A stretch of 54,807 nt of DNA, the filler included, from Diploschistes diacapsis (taxonomy: Eukaryota): NCBI GenBank assembly GCA_023645945.1. It is 4 parts of 4 records of this genome, joined end to end, with 100 filler letters (N's around TTAATTAATTAA, not from the genome) between each part and the next. Parts side by side here need not be neighbours in the genome. Positions count along the whole stretch, not along the records: positions 1 to 13,654 come from JALAIB010000639.1; 3 more parts are not named here. One strand, given 5' to 3'. Below the pieces are notes generated by a model. That model searched no databases. It had not been told where the DNA came from and was given only the letters and a program-made list of their open reading frames with translations. Position numbers and translations under genes: made by a program. Of the stretch, positions 1-11,835 are shown piece after piece. Each line of letters begins with the position of its first letter. Positions within the stretch are counted from its first letter, which is position 1.

Positions 1-496
1 AGAAGGGGGAGACCGTGTTAGAAGAGCGTTTGAGAAATCTGAGGTGATGGGGGAAATGTACTTGAAGCAAGACCAAACGGGCTGATCCGGGGGGGGAAAC
101 TTTTTGAGCGTTTGAGATTTTAAAGGGACGAGCGCTGGGACTTTTGGGGGGGAAGGTGGGAATGGCTGAACGCTAGGTACGACTACGACTACGACTTATG
201 ACTAGGTACTACTACTACCACTAATGATTGGCACTGAAAGAAGAAGGAGGAGAAGAAGAAGGGGAAGGAGGAGAAGGGGAAGGAGAAGGAGAAGGTGATG
301 GAAGCTATGCGGGGGGGCTAGTACTAGGGGCAGGAGCAAGAGGAGGCTAAAATAGGAGGCTAAAAGGAAAGAGGCTAAATGGAAATGGAAATGGAAATGG
401 AAATGAAAATGGAAATGAAAAAGAAAAAGAGGCGCACTGTTTGTGGCTTGCAGGTGGCCTTGGCCGATTGGCTGATAAGTAGAACCAACTGTTGAA

Positions 497-577
497 CTGG
501 TCACTGGTCACTGGTCATTGGTCACTGGTCACTGGCCACTGGTCACTCACTGGTCACTCAACAACTGGTGGTCACTG
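497..577. repeat. Degenerate (CTGGTCA)n heptamer tandem array
   Basis: ctggtcactggtcactggtcattggtcactggtcactggccactggtca... read directly. It lies in a low-complexity contig end that also has (GACTAC)n near 178-195 and (GGAAAT)n near 380-416. Confidence 0.85.
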
Positions 578-868
578 GCAGAGGGTGCGAGAAGAACCAC
601 TGGGTACTACTCACTGGGTATTACTTACTGGCTAATGCCCCCCCCCCCGGGGTGAGTATGCTCGCTAGAATCTCTCGGCGAGGCTTGAAACTAGCGCTGG
701 CGACAGAGTAAGAATGGTAGTGGGTAGTTAGTTATATTTACCCACGCTCTGACTGGCTGCTTTATTCTCTTCCTTCAGCTTCCCTTCCCATTATTGGCCT
801 ATCTGTGGGCGCCGGTCTGGTAGGGGCATGGACCGTATGATGCTCAATAACTGTGAATATAAGAACTG

Positions 869-903
869 CAGCCATCAGCCATCAGCCATCAGCCATCAGC
901 CAT
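869..903. repeat. (CAGCCAT)5 perfect heptamer tandem repeat
   Basis: Five exact copies read directly. Confidence 0.9.
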
Positions 904-3900
904 ACGCACAGCTCACGTACGGTCGTTGCATTTACCTTCCATGCTTGATCCGAACTGAAAAGCCGACTAACGTTCAAGCTAGACTGCGACCACCGAACAC
1001 GGCGTGCTACATGAGCACATAATAGATGGCACTTTTTGCTATGCAGTTTGGGGGTATCAGGGTACCATTTATTCTAATTGTCGCCTGCATGAAGGTCAGA
1101 GTCCTACAATCCTTCTGAGCACAACCCCCGAATAAAAGGAGCCGTGCTGCCAACGAATACGTGATGCAACGCTCTGCATACCATCACCCCAGGCACCATT
1201 CCACCGCCACGACCATGTCCGCAGGCGGCATCATCTGAGGTACAAAGCAAAAGTCACCGCACTGCTACCTCTGAGTTACTCTGTACTCTGTACTCTGTAG
1301 ATCGCCCACTCCAACTTGTGCGACTGCTTACTGCACAGCCCAGACATGTGTCTCCTGAGGTCCGTGTCCAAAGTGCCAACGGAGTCGGTCGGCGGAAAGC
1401 ACTGCAATGATACGCACACAGCATAGGCCCATGGAAGGAACTCGGGTCCTTGATGCTTTGTACGAAGGTCAACTTCATGATTCATGCTTCATGCTTCATG
1501 CCTCGTGCCTCATGCTTCATGCCTTATTCGGATCACTCTGCAGCCGGACGCTTCTCTTTCCGGCCTCTGGCCCATTCCATCTAACATCCTTTCCTCCTGA
1601 ATTGGAAGCGTGAGCCTGAGCGGTCCGGTGCAAAAGGTTCGTCGGTCACAGTTCTTGCATTGCAGGCCTCACTAGCGGATGATTCAAGAGATAGGCACAT
1701 GATTTGAAATGATAAGACGGTGCCAGTGAAACCCACTACACACCGATAGATTGGGCACCGGGAGATGGTGTCCGTGTGTTGCTGTCTATTATGTGAAGCG
1801 TAGCACAGCCCTTCCATTTTGCTACTCTCCAAGGCTTGGATGGCCCTGCAGGTGATTCCTCTTGGAGCATCCCAAAGAAGCAATCTGCCGGAATCGGCCC
1901 GGTTCCAGTTTTCGGGAGGCTGACGCTGATGCTGACGCTGACGGACAGAGGATAAGATAGATACTATTGCGAATACAGGTCCTGGATTCCTGGCCGATCC
2001 TTTCTTTTCTTCAACGTCCATCACCTTTCGTAATGGCAGATCCTTTCCGTCGTGCCGGTTAAATCCATAGATGGATTGCACAGCCGCAACCCCTCGCAAA
2101 AGCGGGACTTTTATCAACTTGTCAACTATGCAAGCACGATGTAAGTAAATATGCAAGTAGTATAACACGACACAGAGTCACTGCTAGCTGTAACTGATCG
2201 ACCCTCCGAAACAGAGGCTGGCTGCCTCTTGTGACTCTCCCCCTTTTTTTCCTTCCCACATAGAATGAATACCTGATTCACGTGCGCGGATCTTTTCCGC
2301 CTGAATCAATTTGAGCGTCTCGCCCTCGGCAGTCATTTTACGCCACCACGCCCAGTACGCCAATGGGAAGCTTCCTCGCTTCGTTGGATCAGAAACCAAC
2401 AATGCCTAAACACCCAAGCTTTCTGAATGACGACGGATCCCGGTAGACCCATGCGCGCGAGCACCTTGACGGCCTGGGTGTCGATTGCTCCAAAGCTGCA
2501 TCCTCGGAATATTTTCATAGAAAGTAGTTCAAGTCGGCGTCGCTTGCATCTAGCGCCGCTCTATCGACTAGCAACCAAAACCCAAAGGATTGAGGTGCTC
2601 CAGAAAAGCTAGCTCGTGCCAAATGCCAGATATATCTAGACAACCTTATGCCTCCATCGTTGGCGGAATCACAATCCCATCACCCATCAGCTGCCTAACT
2701 TCCGCTAGTCTCGGCAGCTTTGGGAGCTAAGACGGCTTCTGCTTCTCCGATTACCTCATCAACCAGAATGCTTGATGCCATCGCGCTAGTTCTGGCCACG
2801 GGGAACGAGCAGACGATAAATATATATATGGAAAACGAAAGGAACGTTTTTGGGGTTTCAATGATCTCTTGGTGGATATCTGGATACACTACTTACTACT
2901 AGCACCACCCCAATAGTTGTAGCGATTTTTGCTAACCCAACACTTTGTTACCCCTCCGCTCCAACCAGCGGAGGCTTGTCTACAATACCTTCAGCTTTTT
3001 TTTCCAGCAAAGGTACGAGGTATAAAGTGAATGATCGAAACGAAAAACAAATACGGTTTGTTTGTTACGAACAGGCGATGTAATTCACTTTTTTTTTTTC
3101 ACGCTCCAATTGGGGAATCTCTTCCCAGGTCTAGAATGGAAATCAATACATGCTCCCACAGCCATATATTATTTACGTACCCTTTCCAGCCTGAAAATTA
3201 CGGCACTAAAGGATGAACAAGGGGCAAGGGGCGAAATTAGGCTGGAATGATTACATCCCCCCAACTAAAAGTATGCGGAAAGCCTCGAAGTCGTTATGCT
3301 CTAAAGGATGGACAAGCAAATACGCTTTGCTTCGAGTTATTCCACATCACATTCTCAATCAGTGGTACATGAGCTTGTTCAGCTTTGCCATATGAGGTTG
3401 CAAGTGCAGGGGTAGGTAGTGCTTGAAATATGGGTTCGGGGCTATCTACAACTGTTGCAATGCAAATGGCTTGGGCGCCTGCTTGTTGGAGACCTGGAGC
3501 AAGTGCAACTCCCATGCCTCGAAACAAACGCCCTCTTCCCTTCAAACTCTGGTCACTAATGGTATTTCGGTACGTGCTCCATGCCGGTCGACCTCCTCTT
3601 GACCCTGCCACCTGTTTTCAATACCCTCATACCCTATTGCTGTTCGAATCCTCTCCTCCTTCCATTACGCCTTGCGCAGTGCGGCACCCGCGGCTGCGTA
3701 AAAGTCGATGGAGCGATTCAGAGGTAGGCGAAGTGAGCGCGGGCAAAGGTTGACGCGCTCGCTCCGGATTCATCTTCCGTAGCTCCTGAACGGTGAGGTA
3801 TGGGCTCGTACATTTCCTCCATCCTTGCGGGACTACAGTGCAACCCGGTAACTGATCCATACCCACCCGGACGGGGCTACAATAGGCCTGAGTCACAGGT

Positions 3901-4076
3901 ACTTCGGGCGCAGAGTCTCGTACCTCGTAGTGTTCCTAGCTTCGTCGGGAAAGATGCAGTATACTTTAACGGCCAGTGTCATGGGCTGCTCTCGATCCGG
4001 AAAGAATCGGCCATGGACGAGCCAGAAGATATATTTGTTTTTGCCGCACCGCAACTCATGGCTCCGCCCTTATGCG

Positions 4077-6009
4077 TCAACCTACCCCCAGCTGCAAAGC
4101 CGCAGTTGACAACAGGGTCGTCAAAACAATGGTGGGTACTGAAGGCTGTAAGAAGCTCCCAGCACTAAAACCCCAAATCTGGCCCGGAATGTTGCACATG
4201 GGCAGCTCACTGTCCATCTGCGCTAAGCCGTAGCTATAGTTGAACCCCTTGCCCGCTGTTGGGCAAGCAAAGCCCAGAGCGGCTGGACATGTTTGAACGA
4301 GACTGTGGCACATGTCTCCGCACGGGAGAAGTTCCTTGTACGGCCCAGGGTTAATGACCTGGTCAATCCATGGATTGCGAGACTGTGCGTACGCTAGGAC
4401 CTCCTGGTTAGAGGCATTGAAGATGGGGTCTGGACTGACGCTTGACGGAACTGTGCCGTTGGTGAAGTTGTAGCTAACGGCGCGTGGTACCAGATATGGT
4501 AACTGCGAAGATATTTCCCGACAGCGTGGGATAGTGACGGCGCAGAGCCACTGCCGGTAGGCGTTCTTGCAGTCTTCACAAGTTACAGCGAGCGAATATT
4601 GGGCATCCGGGGTAGTGTCGCAGGCGATTTGGTCCATGGCGTTGGAGAAATTGGCCCACCAGTTCAAGGCCTGGTTATCGTACCATTGCGTGAGATTGAT
4701 GCCTTGATAGAGCGGATTGTTCGGATTATATGGTACCGCATAGTTGACTTCGTTACAAAAACTCAAGTTGTAGATTACTCGGCAATTGTCCTCTAAATAC
4801 CGTCAGTGGAGCTCTTCGCGAATGCGCAGAAATCCTACCTGATTGCGTGGTGAAATTCATTGCCTTCCATACTGTCCCTCCGCCTCCAGGTTGGCCGGGG
4901 CCAGCAGAGCTGTAGTTGGTAGGCAGTGCCATGACGGCCCAATACGAGGAGCTCTGGTTGAGGCCCGAAACATAGAATTGCTGCTTGATTGCATCGCCAC
5001 CAATCGTTGTGAAGCCCACGTTGACATCAGACTCGTTCTGGCCAGCAAAATTTCCGACAAGTTGGGTATTGTTTTGGAAAGCACAGTAAGAGCTCATCAG
5101 GCCTGTCATCTGAGTATTGTTCTGGTTTCCTACTGCGACTTTGAAGCGGGCTCCCAATTTCTCCCACTCGTCAATTTCAGACGTATCTGTCGAGTTCGGG
5201 TCCGTAAGATTCGATGAAATAAGCATCGCAGTAGTAGCGTCGCTGTCAATATAGTAAAGACTTGGATTGTTTTCAGCTACTGCATAGGCCGCATCAATCG
5301 AACCAGTAAGCTCGAATGAGTATGAGCCGCTGAACCCTGGAGTATCGAGCGCCTGCACCTGTACGTACACGTTGTCAGATGTTGGGTTTGAATAGCTTGC
5401 AAAGCCGTCCGCAACCGGGATGGGTATAGTTCCGGGATGTCCATCTATCGGTTGTGGATCCGTGAAGGATAGAAAGAGCTGCAGTTGTGGGAGGGACTCT
5501 ATGCTCGATCCACTGCTTGGAGAAGGCTGACTGCATACACCCAACGTAAGGTAAAACGGTACGTCGTTCTGACGCTTTCGCAACTCCACATGGTTTTCTC
5601 CCTCGTCTTCTATATCCCGCCTCTTGCTAGCAGGAACGATAGGGGTTGCTGTTGAGGGACTACCATGGAGCACGGAAGAAGGGAAGACGTATCCCAGCAC
5701 TTGGCCAGGTGTGATGGTCGCTTGCGCCGGGACGTTGTTTTGTAAAGTTGTGTCGCTGTCACCACCTTGCCTCCCTAGAATGCTTCGGCTCAACGCAGCA
5801 AATATCGGCTCATACGCGGTAGGAGGATGCCGCTCTTCCGAACCCTCTTTCACCAGCTTGTAACTTACTTCATCGTGGGCTCTTGCGCCAGGCTCAATGT
5901 GGCCTCCAGAAATCACTTGCTCATTGTCAAGAGTCGCTACGGATTGACAATCGAATCCACAAGCCAACATTAGCAAGGAAGCAGCGAAATATCTCGCGAA
6001 CCTAGACAT
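4077..6009 (-). CDS. MID1: Mid1 calcium-influx channel subunit (Cch1 partner); exons 6009-4839 and 4792-4077
   Basis: N-terminal signal peptide and many NxS/T sites. Cys-rich C-terminal domain (NCRVIYNLSFCNEVNYAVP, ACDTTPDAQYSLAVTCEDCKNAYRQWLCAVTIPRC, SRNPWIDQVINPGPYKELLPCGDMCHSLVQTCPAALGFACP). A 46-bp GT-AG intron (4838-4793, branch CTGAC) joins the two ORFs in frame (..TTQSE/DNCR..). Confidence 0.93.
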
Positions 6010-6283
6010 CTCTTCGATCGTAGCTGTTGAAATATATCGACTGGCATCGGAGAGCGGATAAACGAGGTCGCTTCAGCTTCAGAGCTGAGGATCCGAAGCT
6101 AGAGCTGGGATGCGCTGATGCTTGGAATTGGGTATGGTTTGTCCATGAGAAGCTGGTGTGGGATGAACAACACGATCCATCGCTCTGACTTGAGGTAGCC
6201 CGGTTTCAGAGGTTGACATGTGCAATCATGCGTAACAAGTGGAAGGAGGGTCTTTATTCTGGAAGCTGCCAAGCCAAGCTTTA

Positions 6284-6677
6284 CTCGGGATGATTCAGGA
6301 GCACCACCTGCTCCCCACCCTGTCCAGACAAATCTCGTAGGGCTGACAATTAATCTGCTTACACGCTAAGCTAGGTCCCATACAGATCTAATATATTCAT
6401 TTCCCACAAGTTAATATCACGTGATAATATCTCTCATTATGCAAACTAAAATTCACTTTTCTCCATACACGTTAGAGTTTATTATTAGAGCTTATTTTTA
6501 TGGTTTAATACGTCGCTTTCCTAGATCATCAGTATCTAAATAACGTTGTCAGCTATGGCACCTACATGTAATGCATACTCATTACTATGGGAACTAGATA
6601 AGAGCTAAAAGGCTTGGCAGGCACACTATACGTGGGACAGCGTGGGGAGCAGGTGGTGCTCCTTGAATCATGCCGAG
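6284..6677. mobile_element. MITE-like non-autonomous element with ~42-bp terminal inverted repeats
   Basis: 6284-6325 CTCGGGATGATTCAGGAGCACCACCTGCTCCCCACCCTGTCC versus the reverse complement of 6635-6677 CTCGGCATGATTCAAGGAGCACCACCTGCTCCCCACGCTGTCC: 40 matches, 2 mismatches, 1 indel. Interior is AT-rich and non-coding. Confidence 0.65.
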
Positions 6678-6855
6678 CTTACTACTTTGGCACCGATACC
6701 GCAGCCTATGCAAGCATCACTTGGTGAACGTTATTGTAGCTTCTAAGTATTCACATTCGGTAGGCACCCAACCTGGGGCAATGGAATCGGATAAAAGCAT
6801 ATCCTTATTGAGATCTTCTTGACTCCAACGCTACATTACAATACATTTTGGTAAA

Positions 6856-9492
6856 ATGTCAGGTCGAAGGCTTGTTGACCTCATCGGAATTTTCAAGGCC
6901 ACTCGAGGTATAGCTAACCAGCATTTTGCCTTGCGTCGCCAACAGTATTATCTCTACCGGAAGACATCGTCGTTATGGAAACCTATATCTCGCCAGAGTG
7001 AACACAGTCCTCCCACAGGTGGGGCAACTTCGGTATCAACAAGTGGACCGCATTCGTCTGGTTTGGCATACTCTACATCGAAAAAGCCCAACAATGGCGA
7101 CTCTGCAATTCCGAGGTCTCATACGGTAGCAGAAGCCACAAATACAGAAGGACTAAAGCAAAGGTCTGAACAAGATCGCTTCTATGAAAGATCATCCCAA
7201 AACTCTACGGCGGACCCGGTTCCTCAATCAGAGATAAATGTAGTACAGGAGAAGGCTAAGCATCGTCCACTTCCGGACGGAACTATCCCAGCCATTTCCA
7301 CTAGCGACATCCTAGATTCAAATAGCTCGACAAGCGATTCAACGATCGACACTTCACCACAGCCATCAGCACGCACCATCACTGAAGCAAATGATGCTCG
7401 GAAAGCCCATCTTGAATCGGAGTCGCAAATACCATCTATCGAAGCGAAACCGCCCCCAGACACCTCTTCCCATATCGATCCAGTCGATCCTACAGGCTCT
7501 GGACTTCGCGTGGAACAGGACCGAGATGTCTTTTATTCACCTTCTTCGGATGCTAGCCCTGTGTTGTCATCGCTACCTCGTATCAAAGTACCCAAGTTGT
7601 CTGCAGACATCCAAGAGGGCGACGAACATGTGCCTGAAGATGGTATCAACCAAGACGTCTTCTATTCTTCCAAGACCAGTTCTCAGGAAGTCCCTGTGCC
7701 TGGTGCTCAAGCAATACCGAAGCAGGACGAGCCAAGTGAGCATATGTATTCCGAGCTGTTTCATAGTCCGAAAGTAGCGCGCATGCTGCATCAAAAGCCC
7801 AAAACAAAGTCTGCACAGGACAACATCAGATTACAGCGATTAGACGAAGCTACGCCGAAGCATACCAAGAAGTCTACAGTAGCTGACCAGGAGAGCTACG
7901 CTACTCCATCTGGGAGGCCTTCCGCAGATGGAGCAACCAAAGAAGCTGATGATGTAGGCAAGCTTGCAACTGACATCGCGGATGATGTAGGGGTTTCGCC
8001 GGCAAATGCGATGGTAAATGACTCTGCAGACGCCCCAGAGAATTGCTGCTGATAAACTGACAGACTTCCTGCAGGATTCGCGAAACTTAGCATCACCAAG
8101 CTCCGGGACGCCATTCAAGATGCAAGAATCACGTGTACCGTCTTCTAGATTTGGCAGGCTTTGGCAGTATGGTGGCTTGGCTACTTCAATGGCCTTTGGT
8201 GCTGTGGGCGAAGGCTTTCGGCGAGCAACAGGAACTGGGACTTCCGAGCAGAGATCGCTAATGCTAAGCGCTGCGAACATGGAGAGACTGGTCTCGAAGT
8301 TGTCTCGCATGAGGGGAGCCGCTCTCAAACTCGGCCAAATGATGAGTTTTCAGGGTTGGTGGTTGTTGTCATCTACATGAGAGCAGCGCTGACAGTTCTA
8401 GATTCCAAAATGCTCCCAGCTCAGATTCACGAAGTGCTCCAAAGAGTCCAAGATAGCGCAGACTACATGCCTGCTTCACAGCGCAACAAAGTTCTAGCGA
8501 GTAATCTTGGTACCGACTGGCGAGATTTGTTTTCCTCCTTTGATGAGGTTCCCCTAGCGGCAGCGTCCATAGGACAGGTTCACGGCGCTGTTCTAAAAGA
8601 AAACGGTATGAGGGCTGCTGTCAAAGTCCAGTATCCGGGTGTTTCGGACTCAATTGACTCTGATTTGAACAACCTGTCGATCTTGCTGACCGCTTCACGT
8701 CTCTTGCCAAAAGGACTCTACCTTGACAAGACGATTGCCAACGCTCGTACCGAGCTTGGCTGGGAGTGTGATTATGTCCGTGAAGCACAGGCGGCAAAGC
8801 GATTCAGGTCGCTATTGGCGGATGAGACTTCTGTATTCCACGTTCCAGAGATCATCGACTCGGCCTCGGCGGCTCAGGTTCTCACCATGGAGCGCATGGA
8901 AGGCACTGGCGTGACTAAAGTGACGAATCTCACGCAGGAGCAGAGGGATTGGATCGGCACTCAGATTCTTCGACTCTGCCTGCGTGAGATAACGGAGTTT
9001 CGTTTTATGCAAACTGATCCGAACTGGACCAACTTTTTGTACAATTCTGAGACGAAAAAGCTTGAGCTCCTCGACTTCGGCGCCTCCCGCGACTATCCCG
9101 CCAAGTTCATTAATCCTTACATCAAGGTTCTCCAGGCTGCAGCTCGAGATGACCGGGTCGCTTGTCGCGACATATCCATTGAGTTGGGCTACTTGACCGG
9201 GCATGAGTCAAAAGCGATGCTTGACGCACACATTGCGTCCATGCTAACCTTAGCGGAGCCCTTTCGGGACGGGTCTCCAGAGGTCTATGATTTCCGTGAT
9301 CAAACAATCACCGATCGGGTGCGTGGGCTCATTCCCACCATGGTTCGGGAGAGGTTGGCGCCACCGCCAGAGGAAACATATAGCCTTCACCGGAAGCTCA
9401 GCGGCGCCTTTCTCCTATGTGCGAGGTTAGGCAGTCGCATTAGATGTAAAGACATGTTTGCGGTGGCCATGACGAAGACGGCGCTAGATTGA
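6856..9492 (+). CDS. COQ8: Mitochondrial ABC1/UbiB-family atypical kinase Coq8; exons 6856-8013, 8075-8354, 8402-9492
   Basis: Motifs [29 protein letters not shown] (KxGQ), [53 protein letters not shown]. Two canonical introns (8014-8074, 8355-8401) restore the frame. Arg-rich N-terminus fits a mitochondrial presequence. Confidence 0.95.
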
Positions 9493-9911
9493 TTCGAACC
9501 AGCGTGATTGGTGACGCAAGAGCATTTCCAGTCCACCTACTCTTAAATTAGTCCAGGAACTAGAGATCATGGCGCTACAAATCTTGTTGTCACGGTCGCT
9601 CAGGAGCATCGACGATGGGTGTTATGGATTAGAAGTTGTACATAGGATCTGGATAGATAATATTATGTATAAGATTTGAGTATTATGACAGTTGGGGTGA
9701 AGGGGGTTTTTTTTGTGACCCACTAGATTATTAACGTTCCCATACAGGACAAGACCTACAACTCTTATAATCATGCTCTTGCCAACAACGAAAGCCGTCA
9801 ATGCGCTAGAGCTTTGTTAAAAGTCAGTTTTTGTCTACAGGACTGACGGACCACTCAAGGAACGCGCACTCGATTAGGGATATCGATTTCGAAGGGGGTG
9901 CGAGGTCAGAC

Positions 9912-10503
9912 ATGGGGCGCAAGGATCCCAACATCATCGTGACCGGGACTCCGGGCGTCGGCAAAACGAGCCATTGCGAGATTGTGGCCGAGAACACTGG
10001 CCTGAAGCACCTTGCTGTTAACCAGGTCGTGAAGGAGAAAGGCTGCCACGAGGGCTGGAACGAGGAGTTTGGCAGCTACATTGTAGACGAAGACAAGGCG
10101 AGTGCCCTCTTCGTACGGTCAGGCTCTACACGGGCAGTGTGCTGAATAGTCAAAGCTACTGGATGCGATAGAAGAGCAAGTTCAGCAGGGTGGCTACTTG
10201 ATCGACTGGCATGCGTGCGACCTGTTCCCGGAGAGCTGGATTGACCTGGTGGTTGTGCTACGGACGGACTCGGCGCAGCTATACGATCGGCTCAAGGCCA
10301 GGAGTTATTCTGAGGCAAAGCTACAGGAAAACCTTGATTCGGAGATCATGGAGGTCTTACTGTCTGAAGCTCGCGAGTCCTATGATGAAAAAATCATTGT
10401 AGAGCTCAAAAGCAATGATAATGATGATTTGGAAAGCAACGTCGAGCGCTTAGGAACCTGGATAGCGCACTGGAAGGACAACAACGTAGGGGCGGACTCA
10501 TGA
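9912..10503 (+). CDS. FAP7: Adenylate kinase 6 / Fap7 (40S biogenesis ATPase); exons 9912-10097 and 10156-10503
   Basis: PNIIVTGTPGVGKT (Walker A), YLIDWHACDLFPESWIDLVVVLR, LYDRLKARSYSEAKLQENLDSEIM. Splicing out 10098-10155 (GC-AG) gives the family-typical VDEDK/LLDAIE. Confidence 0.93.
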
Positions 10504-10521
10504 ATTTAACAGGCCGGTATT

Positions 10522-11207
10522 CTACGATTGTGACTGGAGCCATCCCTTGAGCTTCTCTAAAGCCTTCCCACGGTGCGAGATCCTGTTTTTCTCAACCTTG
10601 TTTATCTCAGCATACGTCTGGCCTTCGTATTCGAATATTGGATCCCAACCTAGAACAATCAATACGCATTGGCGTAAAGGAAAGCATGTATTACCTACCA
10701 AAATTCATCGGACCTCGTGGCGAAACGATACGACCCTATTTTAAAGTCAGATAAAATATCAGGCTTGTTGCATAGGGCACGAACATCCGTCCTGCCTTCA
10801 AACAGGATGGGAGCCTGATCGGGGCCTTCCGCATAGGCAAAAGTGCATACCGCCTGTGCCGACTTGTCCTCGAATCCGGCAAGAAGTTTCGGGAGGTTAT
10901 CGACGCCCATAGATTTCAGAAACCATTTGATATAAGGGCCTGGAAGTTGTATGTCTGGTCCGCCAGTATTTGGTTGGGAGAGAGCATTGAATATCAAGCA
11001 TGTATCCTCAACCAGCACTGGGCCCCCGATCTGAGTAACAGCTTGCTTACACTTTGCAATGGAGACTTCTTCAATCGTCCCCTGTATCTCGAGGAGGTCC
11101 AGCGCCTCTGATCGAAGGTCAATAACTCCGTCAAGTATTGCCGTCACCTCGGCAAGCTTATTTTTGTTGCCTGTAATGAAATTCAAATATGTAGGCCTTG
11201 CCGTCAT
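10522..11207 (-). CDS. HAM1: Inosine triphosphate pyrophosphatase (ITPase, Ham1); exons 11207-10785, 10735-10699, 10649-10522
   Basis: [35 protein letters not shown]. After two 49-bp GT-AG introns the frame reads [38 protein letters not shown] (FGWDPIF and SHR signatures). Confidence 0.95.
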
Positions 11208-11835
11208 GATCGGTGAGAAGCGAACTGGCACCTACCAACAAGTCAACAATAGCAGATGCTCCTGTTTTGCATAAGTAGGGCAGTAAGTCAGTGAAAGAGT
11301 ACGAAATAAATGTCAATCTCGGCCCGACGCAAGCATTTTTCCGGACCGACGACTTGCCACGAGTTGTTGTCAGCCGAGCGGTCACTCACAAGCGGAAAAC
11401 CTTCCCAGTTGAACCCCTTGGGCTTTTTAGCCAATCATGGTAGGTTGAAACTTCTTAAGTACATAACATATAATAAGGATACCACCGTCGACCTCTATTC
11501 AAGAGCGAGTATCTTTCCTAACAGACATCCTTTGCTTCCTTCCTACACCATTTCACTTCTAATTTTTGATCGCAAGAGTGCAATCTTAAAATATACTATC
11601 CTTGATATAACTCACCGTCAGTGTTGTCTCATGTTCCGAGCTCTCACCTGACTATATCACGTCTTGCTGCTGGGTCACTGATTAGGAATGTCTGATTATA
11701 CAACGTGATCCTGACCATTGCTTCTCGCGGGAGGGGACTGCTTCTGTCCGCAAAGGAAGTCGTTGAGTGTAGTTTTTTATTTATAACAGAGCTGTTGGTT
11801 TGGTATCCTTCACCAACCATGGCCGAAAAAGCGAG

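Noticed and set aside
440..479. TTTGTGGC (Ndt80-site-like), ATTGG (CCAAT box) and GATAAG close together
   Set aside because: Short motifs expected by chance, and the putative target gene lies outside the contig.
202..504. 100-aa ORF with FHFHFH and poly-Leu
   Set aside because: Translation of purine-rich simple repeats, with no coding signal.
1581..3896. Several 60-195 aa ORFs downstream of MID1
   Set aside because: No recognisable motifs and no consistent splice model.
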